Source: Trichoplax adhaerens (taxonomy: Eukaryota; Animalia; Placozoa). From it: a stretch of DNA of 22,538 nt. Shown piece by piece: positions 9,026 to 20,261 of the stretch. The stretch covers positions 185,773-208,310 of the forward strand of contig NW_002060982.1 in the NCBI RefSeq assembly GCF_000150275.1, written 5' to 3'. A program made the position numbers and the translations under genes. The notes under the pieces are model-generated. The model made no database searches, was not told the origin of the DNA, and worked only from the letters and a program-made list of their open reading frames with translations. Positions within the stretch are counted from its first letter, which is position 1; every line of letters begins with the position of its first letter.

Positions 9026-12000
9026 CTTTTCCTGCACTCAATTCAATAGTATGTTAGTTAAAGACTAGAACGACAGGTTAGAGACAAATAAGATTCAAAT
9101 CAAGCTTCGTCGCAACCATTAATTACTAATCATCGGATCGATATTATCTCTATGCATTAATGAGGGTATGTCGGAATGATTGTACTTGCGTGCCAGTCGT
9201 AGTTCAACAGAACAACATTAATTATTCCATTATACACAATTTTCAAGCATCAAAAAATCAACTTCTACAATGTCGCCTATTAATTCCGCATGGAAGATTA
9301 TCCGAAAATCAATCTCTGTAGATGATTACTGAAGGCAACGCTATCGGACAATCGTGTGCTTACGTGTACATTAACAAAATGCATTCCAGCTTACAAATAG
9401 ATTATACTCATAATCATAATAACCATCAAACAACAATCTTTTTATTCTAATAGACAACAGCAAATAAATGCTAGCCACATCAATGATAGTGTAAAATAAG
9501 AAAGGATGCTTGCAATATAGTTTCGTTGGCGTCGTTTACCTATCTTTAATTTCTATTTTTACTTGAAATACAATGTATAATGATGGATACCTAACGGAAT
9601 AGGTTACTTACCAATGGATGTTTTAAAAATCGGCTAATAACAACTTGATGATTTTGCTGTAACGTAGATTTAATCCTACCAATCCGACTGCGCGCTGCTT
9701 ATTGCAACAGGAGCTAATGGATAAAAAGAGAACGACAGGTGACATAAAACTCTACTCGGCTAAACAGCTCTATCCAACTGCATATACGCTAAATACACGC
9801 ACTGATCAGCACATCTAAATACTACAGTGTATCAGCGATTACAGACTACTAACTCATTGGTTATTTCCTAACTATAAAAACTCCTTGCAAAGTCCTGCAC
9901 GAGGAAGGGCACTATTGATAACCATGAAGCTTGCTTGCTAGAAATCCCAGTTAAACCTGCGGCTATGACACGCTTTTATTCGTAAGTAGTCCCTATGTGG
10001 ATGATGCGATAGCCGACGGATAAAGGTAAATAAATAAAATGAAGGTAAGGTAAATAAATAAATTAGGTTTCTTTGCAATGACTTGTGCATAGGCATAAGA
10101 CCTTATGAAATTAAAACAGCTCTTGTAGTGATGCACCCTATATTTGCTTGTAGCGATAGCTATATTTGATTGTGTTGTGTACTATATTTAGAATAGTTAA
10201 GTTTCTAAAAATAGATATTCTTGTGCTGCTAGATTTAGGTGACTGGTAACTACTATATTAGAAAGTGTTATTCACTAATATAGCTGTTAACTAATTATGG
10301 TACAGGACGTTATACGACTTGAAATACTAAGATTGTAAAGATGCCCAATACCTTACGGTGTTGGACATTAATGGTAAAGTAATAATATTGTAAGCAGTTT
10401 GATTAATACTGTAAAATGTAGTGATGATTCATGTCTGATTGTAGACGATGTTATTGCCTTAAATAGATTCAGAGAAAAGTATATAAGGTGTACAAATCTG
10501 AGCGTAAAGGTGGAGAAAAGATTTGATATCTAATTGAGCTCAGATTACTTTAGACTAGATTCTTGTGAGTAATTAATTATTGCTGTACTATTCTTTAGAA
10601 CCTTGTAATAAAAAGCTTTTATAGTACTGGATTCCTCTGTGGACTAAAATTACTGTGGAAACGATATTACAGCTCTAATTTGTATTAGTTTATTAAATAC
10701 GAGTTTAAGATTAACCTACGAGTATCTTCCCTACCGAATTTCTTATATCTTGTTAGCTTAGTAAGCCGTCAATCATGTTATTTGCAAAAGTTTGATTCCA
10801 ATGAACTATTGCATGGGTAGATACAAGTTACCAACAAAATATCTTTCTCTCTAAGTAAGGATAGTTGACATATTATCCTTATCCATTTTCTTCTATTACA
10901 GTCTATCAATAAAGCTATCATTTTATCAACAATTTAATTGCAGTCTACCGTACGCTATTTATTGTCGTGGCTCCGCAGTCTGTGTTTATTGCAATTCAAT
11001 TTGATAATGAGCTTGTTACTGCCATATAAAAGTCTCAAATTATCAACTATGAAATTCATCAAGTAATAACTTAAAGGGGCTACTGTTCAGGATAGGTTAC
11101 TGATAGTAAACTGCGAGAAAGAATAGCGATGAATATTATATAACATAGAGACATAGAGAAATGATAGCAGTCTATTTCAATATGCTTCATTGACATTATT
11201 CGATCCATTGAATCTACTGTAGCTCAACAAAGAATGTCATAAATTTAATAAAAGATATTGCTTGTTACAAATATTATCATTTTGTATACAACGTTCGTAG
11301 TCCGATGATGAATCAATGATAAACATTTGCATGGTCAAATTGTAAGCCATGCTAATAAAGATTGTACAATCGCAATCATGAATTTTTTAGACTAACCAGA
11401 TACATCAACAGCGGATTACAACATTGGATATGCAATAAAACGGATTAATCACTTGACTAATCAGCAGTAGCATATTCTACTGTAATTGGCAACAGGCATC
11501 TAATGCTGGCATTGCATTACAACAAGGCACTATCCTCTAAGTACTTACGCTCGCTGCATTCTCGCGCCAAAGAAGCTTCTTAGTTAACAAGTTCAGCTTC
11601 GATCCATCCTCACAGAACTCATTCTCAAGGGTAGGTAATCATTTCTACGAGCATACCTCAACAGTTTTCAACAAACAAGAAGTATTTTATGATCGGAATA
11701 GAGTAAAGTAAGATCAAATTAAAATCTCGTGACAGGATTGGCGTGAGTACTGTTTGGCCTGATTGCAAATTGCATGCTATAGATTCAAGATGTAATCCTC
11801 CATACGTACTGGAAGTACTGCAATCCATAGCAATTCCATATGATTACTACCTTAATTAATTTTATTCAATAATTAAGAATCAATGAATTGTTAATATACA
11901 CCATTTAAAGAAAATTTTTAGTATACTTTTATAAACTGTTTGACAAATGACAGTAAAAAATCAACGGAATACAGTAGCGCACGATGAAGATGATATCAAG

Positions 12001-14109
12001 CGATTCAGCAAGATGGCTTAGTTATTGGCCTCATCATTGATGATGATCACCAATAAAACAGTGGCCAACAGTAATTTCTGTCATCGGAAGAACAATCTTC
12101 ATACTAATTCAAGGAGGCTAAAAGATGCAACATAAAAAGAATCATCTACGCTTACTTCTCGTATGCACTAATTTGCACTACTTTAACATAGATGCCGAAG
12201 GAACGCTAATGTTGGCTTCAGACGATAGAGCTAAAATGGACATGGTTGGTACTTTCATCAACTACATGGAGGAGAATTACCAAGTCTATGCTATATGTGC
12301 ATGCCTACAAATTATTTCTATTCAAAATAATATACCAATCTCAGCTCTAAAAATGCTGCACAGTGCAAAATGGAACAGAGAATTTGGAAAGTCTCCACGC
12401 TGCACTACGTTATTTTAAGTAAACTTACGTCTTAAAGCTTCTTAAACTGTTTCTACATGAAGTTGATACAAATGCAATAAGTTCAAAACCAATATTCAGT
12501 GATTAACTGGTAATATCAGAGTAATTTGCTCAACTCTGGTTAAAACAGGTCACGACATTTTAAAGGTGCACTAGCAGCACTACCATCTTGTATCAAGTAC
12601 TAACTCCTCTAAAATAATCAAGACAGGAGCATTCTCTTAGAAGCTGATATGCTATCGAAACTGCGATTTGATGCAGTACACTAATGCCTTCTAGCTTATA
12701 AACTGTCCGTTTACTGTACAAGACTAATCAATTTCTCAATGAGGAGTACTAGAGTATCGTCTCAAACTTGGTTAATAGCCACAAAGGTTGTAGCCGCTCC
12801 ATGAGCAGTGGCGCTCGACGATTACAGGAAAGGTGCCAATGGTGCAATTTTAAACGAACCATAGACGGATTCTACTTGATTTTATTCATTTGATCTTCCA
12901 TTTACTCAAATTATTCAAGAGTCTTTTGCTCGTTTTAGCTCATACTGTCTTGATGAAATGTCGTACAAATTGGCATGGACAAGCCTGGAGCGAGATAGAA
13001 AGATCAAATACAGTCGTTGCCATAAATGTGAAAATTTTGCCTTGCCAATGTTACAATTTTCCAGCCTAAGGCTATATTGTTTGGTTCAGCGATTTAGCTA
13101 TGGACCATTGACTATACAACTTATGCAAGGTATGTTCTATCGTAGTCATCAGGTGTTGTTACACAGACATAGTTTTGAACTATCTTCATTGGATTTCTTG
13201 AGTGGCTTATAACCAAGTAGAGAAATGATTGGTCGCAAGGATGTTGGATGAAAGCAAATTAGTAGTAACTTCGTGTTTTGTTCAAATAATGATTGGCTTA
13301 CTCCACAATGTTATAAAGGTCATTTAATCTATCTCTTGACAAGTACTGTTTTACTTAATTATTTTATAGTTTAACTCGATTACATCACCTTTGGCTGTAG
13401 GACTGAATGCATTTTTCCTTAGTTTACTACCGGTTACAGTGAGTCTCCTCATGTAAAAACAGTAAAGCAATTTGGTCTTAATTTCGTACTTCGTAGCAAT
13501 CATGACTAGAAGCTATTCACAGTCGATAACTGGCAATTAACTAGCTCTTCTTACGATTCATTATAGCAAAAGATTTCTTTATTGTCAGGATCTTTATAAC
13601 TTTCATAAAGTAGGTTAATTTTACCGTCTGAAACAACGTCACTTTGCATAAAATAGTACAGCATTAACAAGTTTAACTCACGATTAGTACAAGCAAAAAT
13701 GAATAGTAACCGTAATTAAGAAACCTTTAGAATACTTTACAATAATAAATGTTTATCCTTTACCAGCAATTTATATGTGCTCCATAAGTATTTAAAATAA
13801 ATTTATGATGCTTATAATGTTGTCATTTCGTTGTGCACAGGAATAAAATGTTAAAAACTTAATTTTTATATTAGCAGATTCTTACACAAAACGTGATTGT
13901 GATGGCGAAGCTAACAAATTGAAATTAATCACATTGAGCATTGCTAACATTGTCCATTAAATTGTTGGTTTATTTCAACCAAGGCAAAAAATAAAACATT
14001 ATTTTCTTATAACGCTAATTATTTTGATCATGAAAAAATGTAAATAAGCACAAATAGACTATCAATAAATTAGAATCTACACTATAGTAGACGAAAGAAG
14101 ATTAGTCCT

Positions 14110-14366
14110 CTAGGAATTTTGTTCGTTTGGGATAATAATATCATTTCTGTCAATCGTTTCCAAAGCGTTCCGCAATAGATTAAGGGTAGCATTTGGGTAT
14201 TTCCTTCTGTACCACTGATTAAGCGATTGGATGGCACTGTTATAGGTATGACCACGATGTTTTGCTTCGATAACCTCAGTATCAATCGTTGGATCTAGTA
14301 CTATAGCTAATTTTATCCAGTCTACACCAACACAACTAGCGATGGAGTGAAAATAGTTTCTAGGAT
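14110..14366 (-). CDS. Orphan or alternative terminal death-domain exon (DD-A2), paralogue of gene 1 DD; absent from the ORF track in this frame
   Basis: Acceptor gtgccttatAG, phase 1, open frame: DPRNYFHSIASCVGVDWIKLAIVLDPTIDTEVIEAKHRGHTYNSAIQSLNQWYRRKYPNATLNLLRNALETIDRNDIIIPNEQNS*. About 45 of 85 residues identical to DD-A1, with the same acceptor position and equivalent stop. Confidence 0.8.
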
Positions 14367-14740
14367 CTATAAGGCACGAATGAACATATTACCACATACG
14401 TCATCTTAAAATTACAAATTGAAATTATCTTATCATGGACTAGCCGAACCCGCATACCCAGCTGTGTGCTATCAATATGACTCAATAATTTAAATGTGGA
14501 TACATTTGTTTTAATTTAACCTAATTCATTTTACTTATTGTTGGATACTCGCAAGTAAAGTAGTGGAGTAGTAGTTTATATGTTCTAATTATAATCTGAA
14601 ATATTCGCTGGCATTCTAATTAGCTAACAGAACTTTGTGCGATAATATCATACATAATAATCACTTCTGGTCACTATTATGATTAAATGGGCAAATTAAT
14701 TACTATATCTATGAATAAAAACGTAAAAAAAAGCTTAAAA

Positions 14741-14934
14741 GTAGCTTACTAGTAGCTAAATATTCTAATGAAAATCTTAAAAATTCGTTGGTGATATCAT
14801 CATGTAGCAAAACTGTATGCGATCATATCATCAGTGGCAAACGTAGCTGAAAGTATTACATCAATTAACGAGGTAAGATATTCCTATGTTAGAATTTATA
14901 CGGAGTAATTGCTCTTAATCATATTTAAATCGAT
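14741..14934. repeat. Second copy of the gene 1 intronic block, upstream of DD-A2
   Basis: Aligns directly to 4594-4788 with about 18 differences in about 195 nt. Confidence 0.92.
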
Positions 14935-15640
14935 ATTATATCGTATAAATGTTGTAATTATCATGGTAAATATCTTATCGAAGATGATCAAGTTCAACAC
15001 AGGGGTTGGATATCAAATCAATTTCATTTATAGTTTGCGTATAGCTAGCTAGATAGGCTTTCCACCAAATCATAAGCAGTCTCGTTATCCAGACCCTATT
15101 GATAGGGTGATTGTATATCTTGAGGTATCATAGAATGATCGCATTGATCAGCTGTTATGTTTTGCTAACAGTAATAACAACGAATGGATGGAAAGGATAT
15201 ACAGGTTTGATAGTCTATAGCATCAACGCCAAGTCAGTCATTAATATCAAGGAAAACTATTGGAAAGAAAAAGTTAAAAATAATGATTTTATTCCTACTA
15301 GAAGATCGATTACTTACAATTATAGGCTAGTCGCTGTTCTGTTAGTGGAGTAAATTATACCAACTCAATATTACTAATAAATTTGCTGTATTTGTAGAAT
15401 AGTAATCACTAAGTTATCAAGATTTCTCATCAACTAGATCCTTTAAATATAGACTACATCATTTGTTATATTTGCTGGTAATAATAATATGATAAAATGA
15501 GTAAGACTACAGTCAACTTGATGGATTGAATTTTTTGTTAACTTTATTTATCATCGATTCCTAATTTTGTTCAAGCTGTATTACACATTCTAATGTCTGC
15601 AACTGTATGCTGCAATGCCCATCTTTGCTATCCAAATTAC

Positions 15641-15694
15641 CTTGATTTTGAAAAGCATGGTTGATGCTCTCCTTGATACGATACATTCTGTATC
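15641..15694 (-). CDS. Candidate 54-nt symmetric exon (GYRMYRIKESINHAFQNQ in phase 1) between DD-B and DD-A2
   Basis: gcctttgtAG|54 nt|GTAATT with AAG before the donor; open frame. No homology support. Confidence 0.25.
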
Positions 15695-16659
15695 CTACAA
15701 AGGCATCATTTTTTTGTTTTGCTACTATGATCCACATAGACCTTTATTCAGTTATGACTTGTAAATTGATGGTGACGACCATGGACGTCAAAACAAGTCC
15801 TTGCATTTGCATTGTAAGATTAAAGAGAACATAGCAGCTAAAATGGTATTGCAAAAGTTAGCAAAAATATCTCATTCATGGTATTAGGTTATAAGAGCAT
15901 TTCCACACAAAATGGTTACAGTCAATGAAGCGAAATTCCTTGAAATAAGGAAGCAGAAATAGAAGCAAACACTATCACCTTTTAAGTAGTAATCAATAAA
16001 GACATTGGAAATCAGGCGTAACTTATATCTAAAACATTTCTACAATATCGTAGAGTGAACCGAGAAATAATGCACCTTCAATATTTTTAATTTAAGTGGG
16101 GCACTAAACGGCTACTTTCTGTCGTTCACTTTTACGAGTCTGGTGCAGAATACTTTTTTTGATTTTAATATGCTGCAATATGTTAACGCTAACCATAACA
16201 AAATTGTGCCAGATAAAGGAGGGTCGTCATACAAGATGCACTATCCGCTAGCAGTCGAATACTGACAATTCAGCAAAGTGTAAATATGTCAAAATTGTCC
16301 AGGCTATATCTCAGTCTTCATCATAATCACGCAGTCACTTATGGAATCAGATGTTGTAGACTATCAACTTCGTTAAAAAATTACGGCAATGGTTAACACG
16401 TTGTCCGCAATCATAGTTAAGTGTAAATTAAATAAAGTATAAACCAAACGCATGTGAGGCGCGACTTTACTTTATTGTGAATTGTTGCGAGACTAGGGAT
16501 CTCAACATGCCCTACTAGTAAAAAGTCTTGATTTTTATTATTTAATTAGCTCATACTGCTGAACTCACACGCTAGCTACTGCCACAATTGGTTATCATAA
16601 CTTATACATTAGTTCCATGGCTTCAACTCTTAATCAAGACTATTTAATTAATCTTTGCT

Positions 16660-16980
16660 AACTTTAGTCTTTAGGAAATGGCGTGAAGCCAGTATAGTAA
16701 ATTCAAAATCAGATGGTAAGGTCAACTAGTATTAATGGATGTGAAAATCGTGCCTTGCTAACTACCTCTAACATACAGTATAAGTTTGATATCTTGTTAA
16801 TATTAGTAGTTCCGTGGATTCAATTTCTGATCAAAACTGCTAGCTAATCTTGGCTAACATAGTTGTCAGGAAAATTTAGTGAAGTCGGTATACCAAGTTA
16901 GAAGGAAGATGGAAAGATTAACTAGTTTGAATGGATATGAAAATCCTGCCTTGAATGCGATCTTTAACTTACGGCATTGC
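16660..16980. repeat. Diverged direct repeat with a period of about 196 bp
   Basis: gtgaagccagtata...aactagtattaatggatgtgaaaatcgtgccttg (16683-16757) versus gtgaagtcggtata...aactagtttgaatggatatgaaaatcctgccttg (16879-16953). Confidence 0.75.
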
Positions 16981-18830
16981 CTTAGCGATATTGTAAGAGT
17001 ATTGATCTACATTGTTTTCTTTTGACAACAATTATCCCTGCACAAAGAGTAAATCTTTAAAAAGAAATAATCACTCTAATAGCACATTTATTCTTAGCCT
17101 TTGAATGACTTTTATATACCCTTTGAAACTTTTAATTTGAATTATTTTTTCTTATAACTAATCAGTACTTCCACTGAAGATTAATTTCAAAGTATGGCGT
17201 AGTTTTAGTTTACTTGCCAATCGGATAGAAAAGGTTATTTTTATCATTTTACACCATCCAGTACTTATATTTTCTAGCTTGACTACTCGAGCATTTGATA
17301 AAGGGTTTACTACATTTTTAACCTCAATAGAGTACAATAATGAGTTATAAGAGCTCAATTGAGCAATTATAGGCTCAGAAATTAAGTCTCTTGATTTACG
17401 ATAATTGCTTATAATTTTATTTTTATTTAAGTAATTTTATTATGTTGCTTTTGATGATAATATGACAGAATACGAGAAGTACTTTTTTCGATAATAAAAG
17501 TTAGTCACAGATATTGCAACCAAACTTAGCTAACTAATGCTATTGGTAATAAACAATGAAATCTTTATATTGCTTTTATCAAAGTTAGGAACGGCAGTAA
17601 CATAATTAATACCGGTGCTACAATTCAGAATAGTAATATCACTAGAAGTAAAATAGAGTAGATAAGATTTTTTAAATTTACGGTACGTTTATACTTCAAA
17701 ATAAGCGATCTTGTATGCATAACTTAACGCTATCAATAATAACATAATTATCTTCCAACTACCGCAAGCGCGTTTGTCTAATGGCTTAAAACTGAATTTA
17801 AAGCCGAAATGATTCTCTTAATCTATTCGCATGCATTATAAATTACGGGTATACTGTAATATCGTCCTAATGTACAATGGCAACTATCGATTTTAAGCCA
17901 CCGAAATTTCCATATTAAAAATTAGTTAGTGCTATCTATATATGCGCTTATGGTGATTTCAGTAAGCTACAGTAGTAGCAAGTTGACTGAGTCATTGCGA
18001 TAGCTTCTGCCTCATATGGTTATTGACAGGTATCCTTGGTTAGGTTGTTTGTGATAATTTATTAAAAAATTTACCTTAGCAATGGATCAACTCTATTAAC
18101 AGCTATGATTTTGCTATAGCTACAACTAATTTCTGTTTATCTGCATATTGAATAATGATTTAATCTTTCCTTTATTAAAATTATAAATGGCTACACTACT
18201 GCGTAGTTATAGAAAATCATAATTCTTAGTTTTTTGTTTTAAGTTTAATCCTTTACTCAATTTTTTGGCAATTAACGTTACATTATTGGCAGCTATAGAG
18301 AGCAAATAATAAATTGTTGCTGTTCATTATATTTATTAGTGTATAATAATTGATCCACTATAGAGCCTTTTACAACGTTAAATTACACAACAGAGGACTT
18401 CAGATGCAACAGTAAAAACTACTTGAGCCAGCAGTAAAAGCTAGAGGGATAATCATTCACAATGAAACGAAAGTACCTACGGCAATAAACTACTGCAAAA
18501 CTAGATTACGGTAAAGCGTTTCTAAGTAAAAAATATAAACATAAATATTACTAGATTTTGAATATCTTGATAAAAGTTTATTTACTACTGTCACGACCGA
18601 GGTTATGAAGCTTAGAGATGATATAAAATTGGAATACTGTACGTTCGTTGATCCAGTATAACTACCGTACCTCATAAATTAACATTGACTAGAATTGCTC
18701 TTGAAATATTAGTCTCTGTGCTGATATATATCTTAAGAATTACGATTTGTCTAGTTCAAATACTATGGAAGAAATTTATAAAATTAACCATAACATGACC
18801 ATTAGCAGATATGATATTTATCTCTAGTAT

Positions 18831-19096
18831 TCATTCGGTCATTTTTTTTTCGACTTCGTCAGCTAAAGCATTTATTTCCATCTTACGTAAAGCTTCAACC
18901 ACTGCAGAGATTTTAGCATTCATCCCAGCTTTATCTTTCCACGATTTTAAAACATTGTGCACTTTATCGTAACGTCCTTCATCCTGACTTGATTTAATTT
19001 CATTAATCTTTGTGTCCGTTAACTTTAATAACACTCCAAAACGAACTATATGGGTTCCATTTAGTTTTGCTGCTATTAAATCGAAGCATGCTCTCT
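18831..19096 (-). CDS. Gene 2 terminal exon: divergent death domain (DD-B)
   Basis: Acceptor tcctttgcttttacatgaaaatAG in phase 1. Translation ERACFDLIAAKLNGTHIVRFGVLLKLTDTKINEIK...KVHNVLKSWKDKAGMNAKISAVVEALRKMEINALADEV shows the six-helix DD pattern (LxxW, AxxxxLxxAL, LADxV). Confidence 0.82.
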
Positions 19097-19671
19097 CTAT
19101 TTTCATGTAAAAGCAAAGGAAAAATTCATGAAAAAAAATTGGCAATATTAGCATCGTTTCAAGTCTTCAGCAATGTATCTAATCTAGAACGCAGGCCTAA
19201 GAATGATATTCAGCAATTTTCCTTCACAATAACTGTAAATTTATTCTCATGATTGTAATATGCAATCTAATGTTAATATTAAATGCTATTATTGATTCTC
19301 AGTCACCATATTTTGCTGATTCAATTTCATAATAGTTATGAATACTTATTAAAGCTTGCCGGACGAGCTCTTTTAAAATTAAATTAAATCGAATAGTAAT
19401 TTATCAATGACTGTTTACTATATTGAGTGATTTTGGTAGTTAATATACCATATTGTAATTACAATCTTAAAATGTTCATTTTGCAATATCATAAGCTAGC
19501 AAAATTTTATGCGATCACATAATCAGCGACAAAATCGACAAAAATATTATATCCATTTAAAGCAGGATCTGTTGTAATATTTGCTCTCATTCGTACTTAT
19601 ATCAGTCTATAAATTAATTGCATTATGCATTTTTGAAATGACTGCTAGATATCAATTCAGTGGAGGCTCAC

Positions 19672-19698
19672 CCTTATCTTCCGCATATATCTTTTTCT
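19672..19698 (-). CDS. Gene 2 27-nt linker microexon, (E)KKIYAEDK
   Basis: ctcatttctttAG|27 nt|GTGAGC, phase 1-1. Flanks are homologous to those of 4853-4879 (gatatcaattca..., taataatc...ctatc). Confidence 0.72.
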
Positions 19699-20261
19699 CT
19701 AAAGAAATGAGGTGAAAATAGGAATAATCAATTAGTAGCTCTATCATAATATTTTAAAACAGATGATAGAGTCGTAGGCATGCAAGTGAAATGTATGACA
19801 TGTTTCTCTAAAGAATTTACGATGATAGTTTCCTCCCTTTATCATTTTAGGTGCTTTTACAAGCAGGGAATGCTATCTATGTTAATTTCTATACGCTGCA
19901 TAAAACGATGAAACTAATTGGCTATTAAACAGTTCAATATTGATGACTTATCATGCACTAACGTTAAAAAACAAAATACTATAGGGAAGAGCGATAAATA
20001 AAATCCAGCCGTTTCTATTTACTCCACAAATGAAATGCAGTAGATGAAGTACTCATTTGAAATATTACAATCCATAATACATTTTCAGTAATAAGAAATA
20101 TATTAAAATCAGAAAATATTATTGCAATTAAATAGTAAAATAGCTATGATAGAGTACATTTATATCTCTCGTTGCTTGCTCTATGCGTATGACTTTCGTT
20201 TATTATATCATAAAAAGTGATAATATAAGAATGAAGCTGCTGTTTATTCTCACATGCTTAC

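Noticed and set aside
7403-9037. Kinesin light chain or nephrocystin-3 orthologue as a stand-alone gene
   Set aside because: Only the 42-aa TPR type is shared. There is no recognisable KLC heptad region, and the ORF splices in frame into Roc-COR.
10023-10064. Short direct repeat aaggtaaataaataaa x2 about 1 kb upstream of gene 1
   Set aside because: Low-complexity slippage-type duplication with no evidence of a regulatory role.
11947-12021. RNTVAH motif resembling a HEPN RxxxxH nuclease site
   Set aside because: It sits in a 24-codon frame bounded by stops with no surrounding domain context; a six-residue match is expected by chance.
14082-14285. 67-aa minus-strand ORF from the track (likewise 3924..4115)
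   Set aside because: Wrong-frame overlaps of the real death-domain exons.
15111-18675. Short ORFs 15111..15353, 17158..17358 and 18490..18675
   Set aside because: AT-rich, no recognisable motifs or supporting splice structure; consistent with random ORFs.
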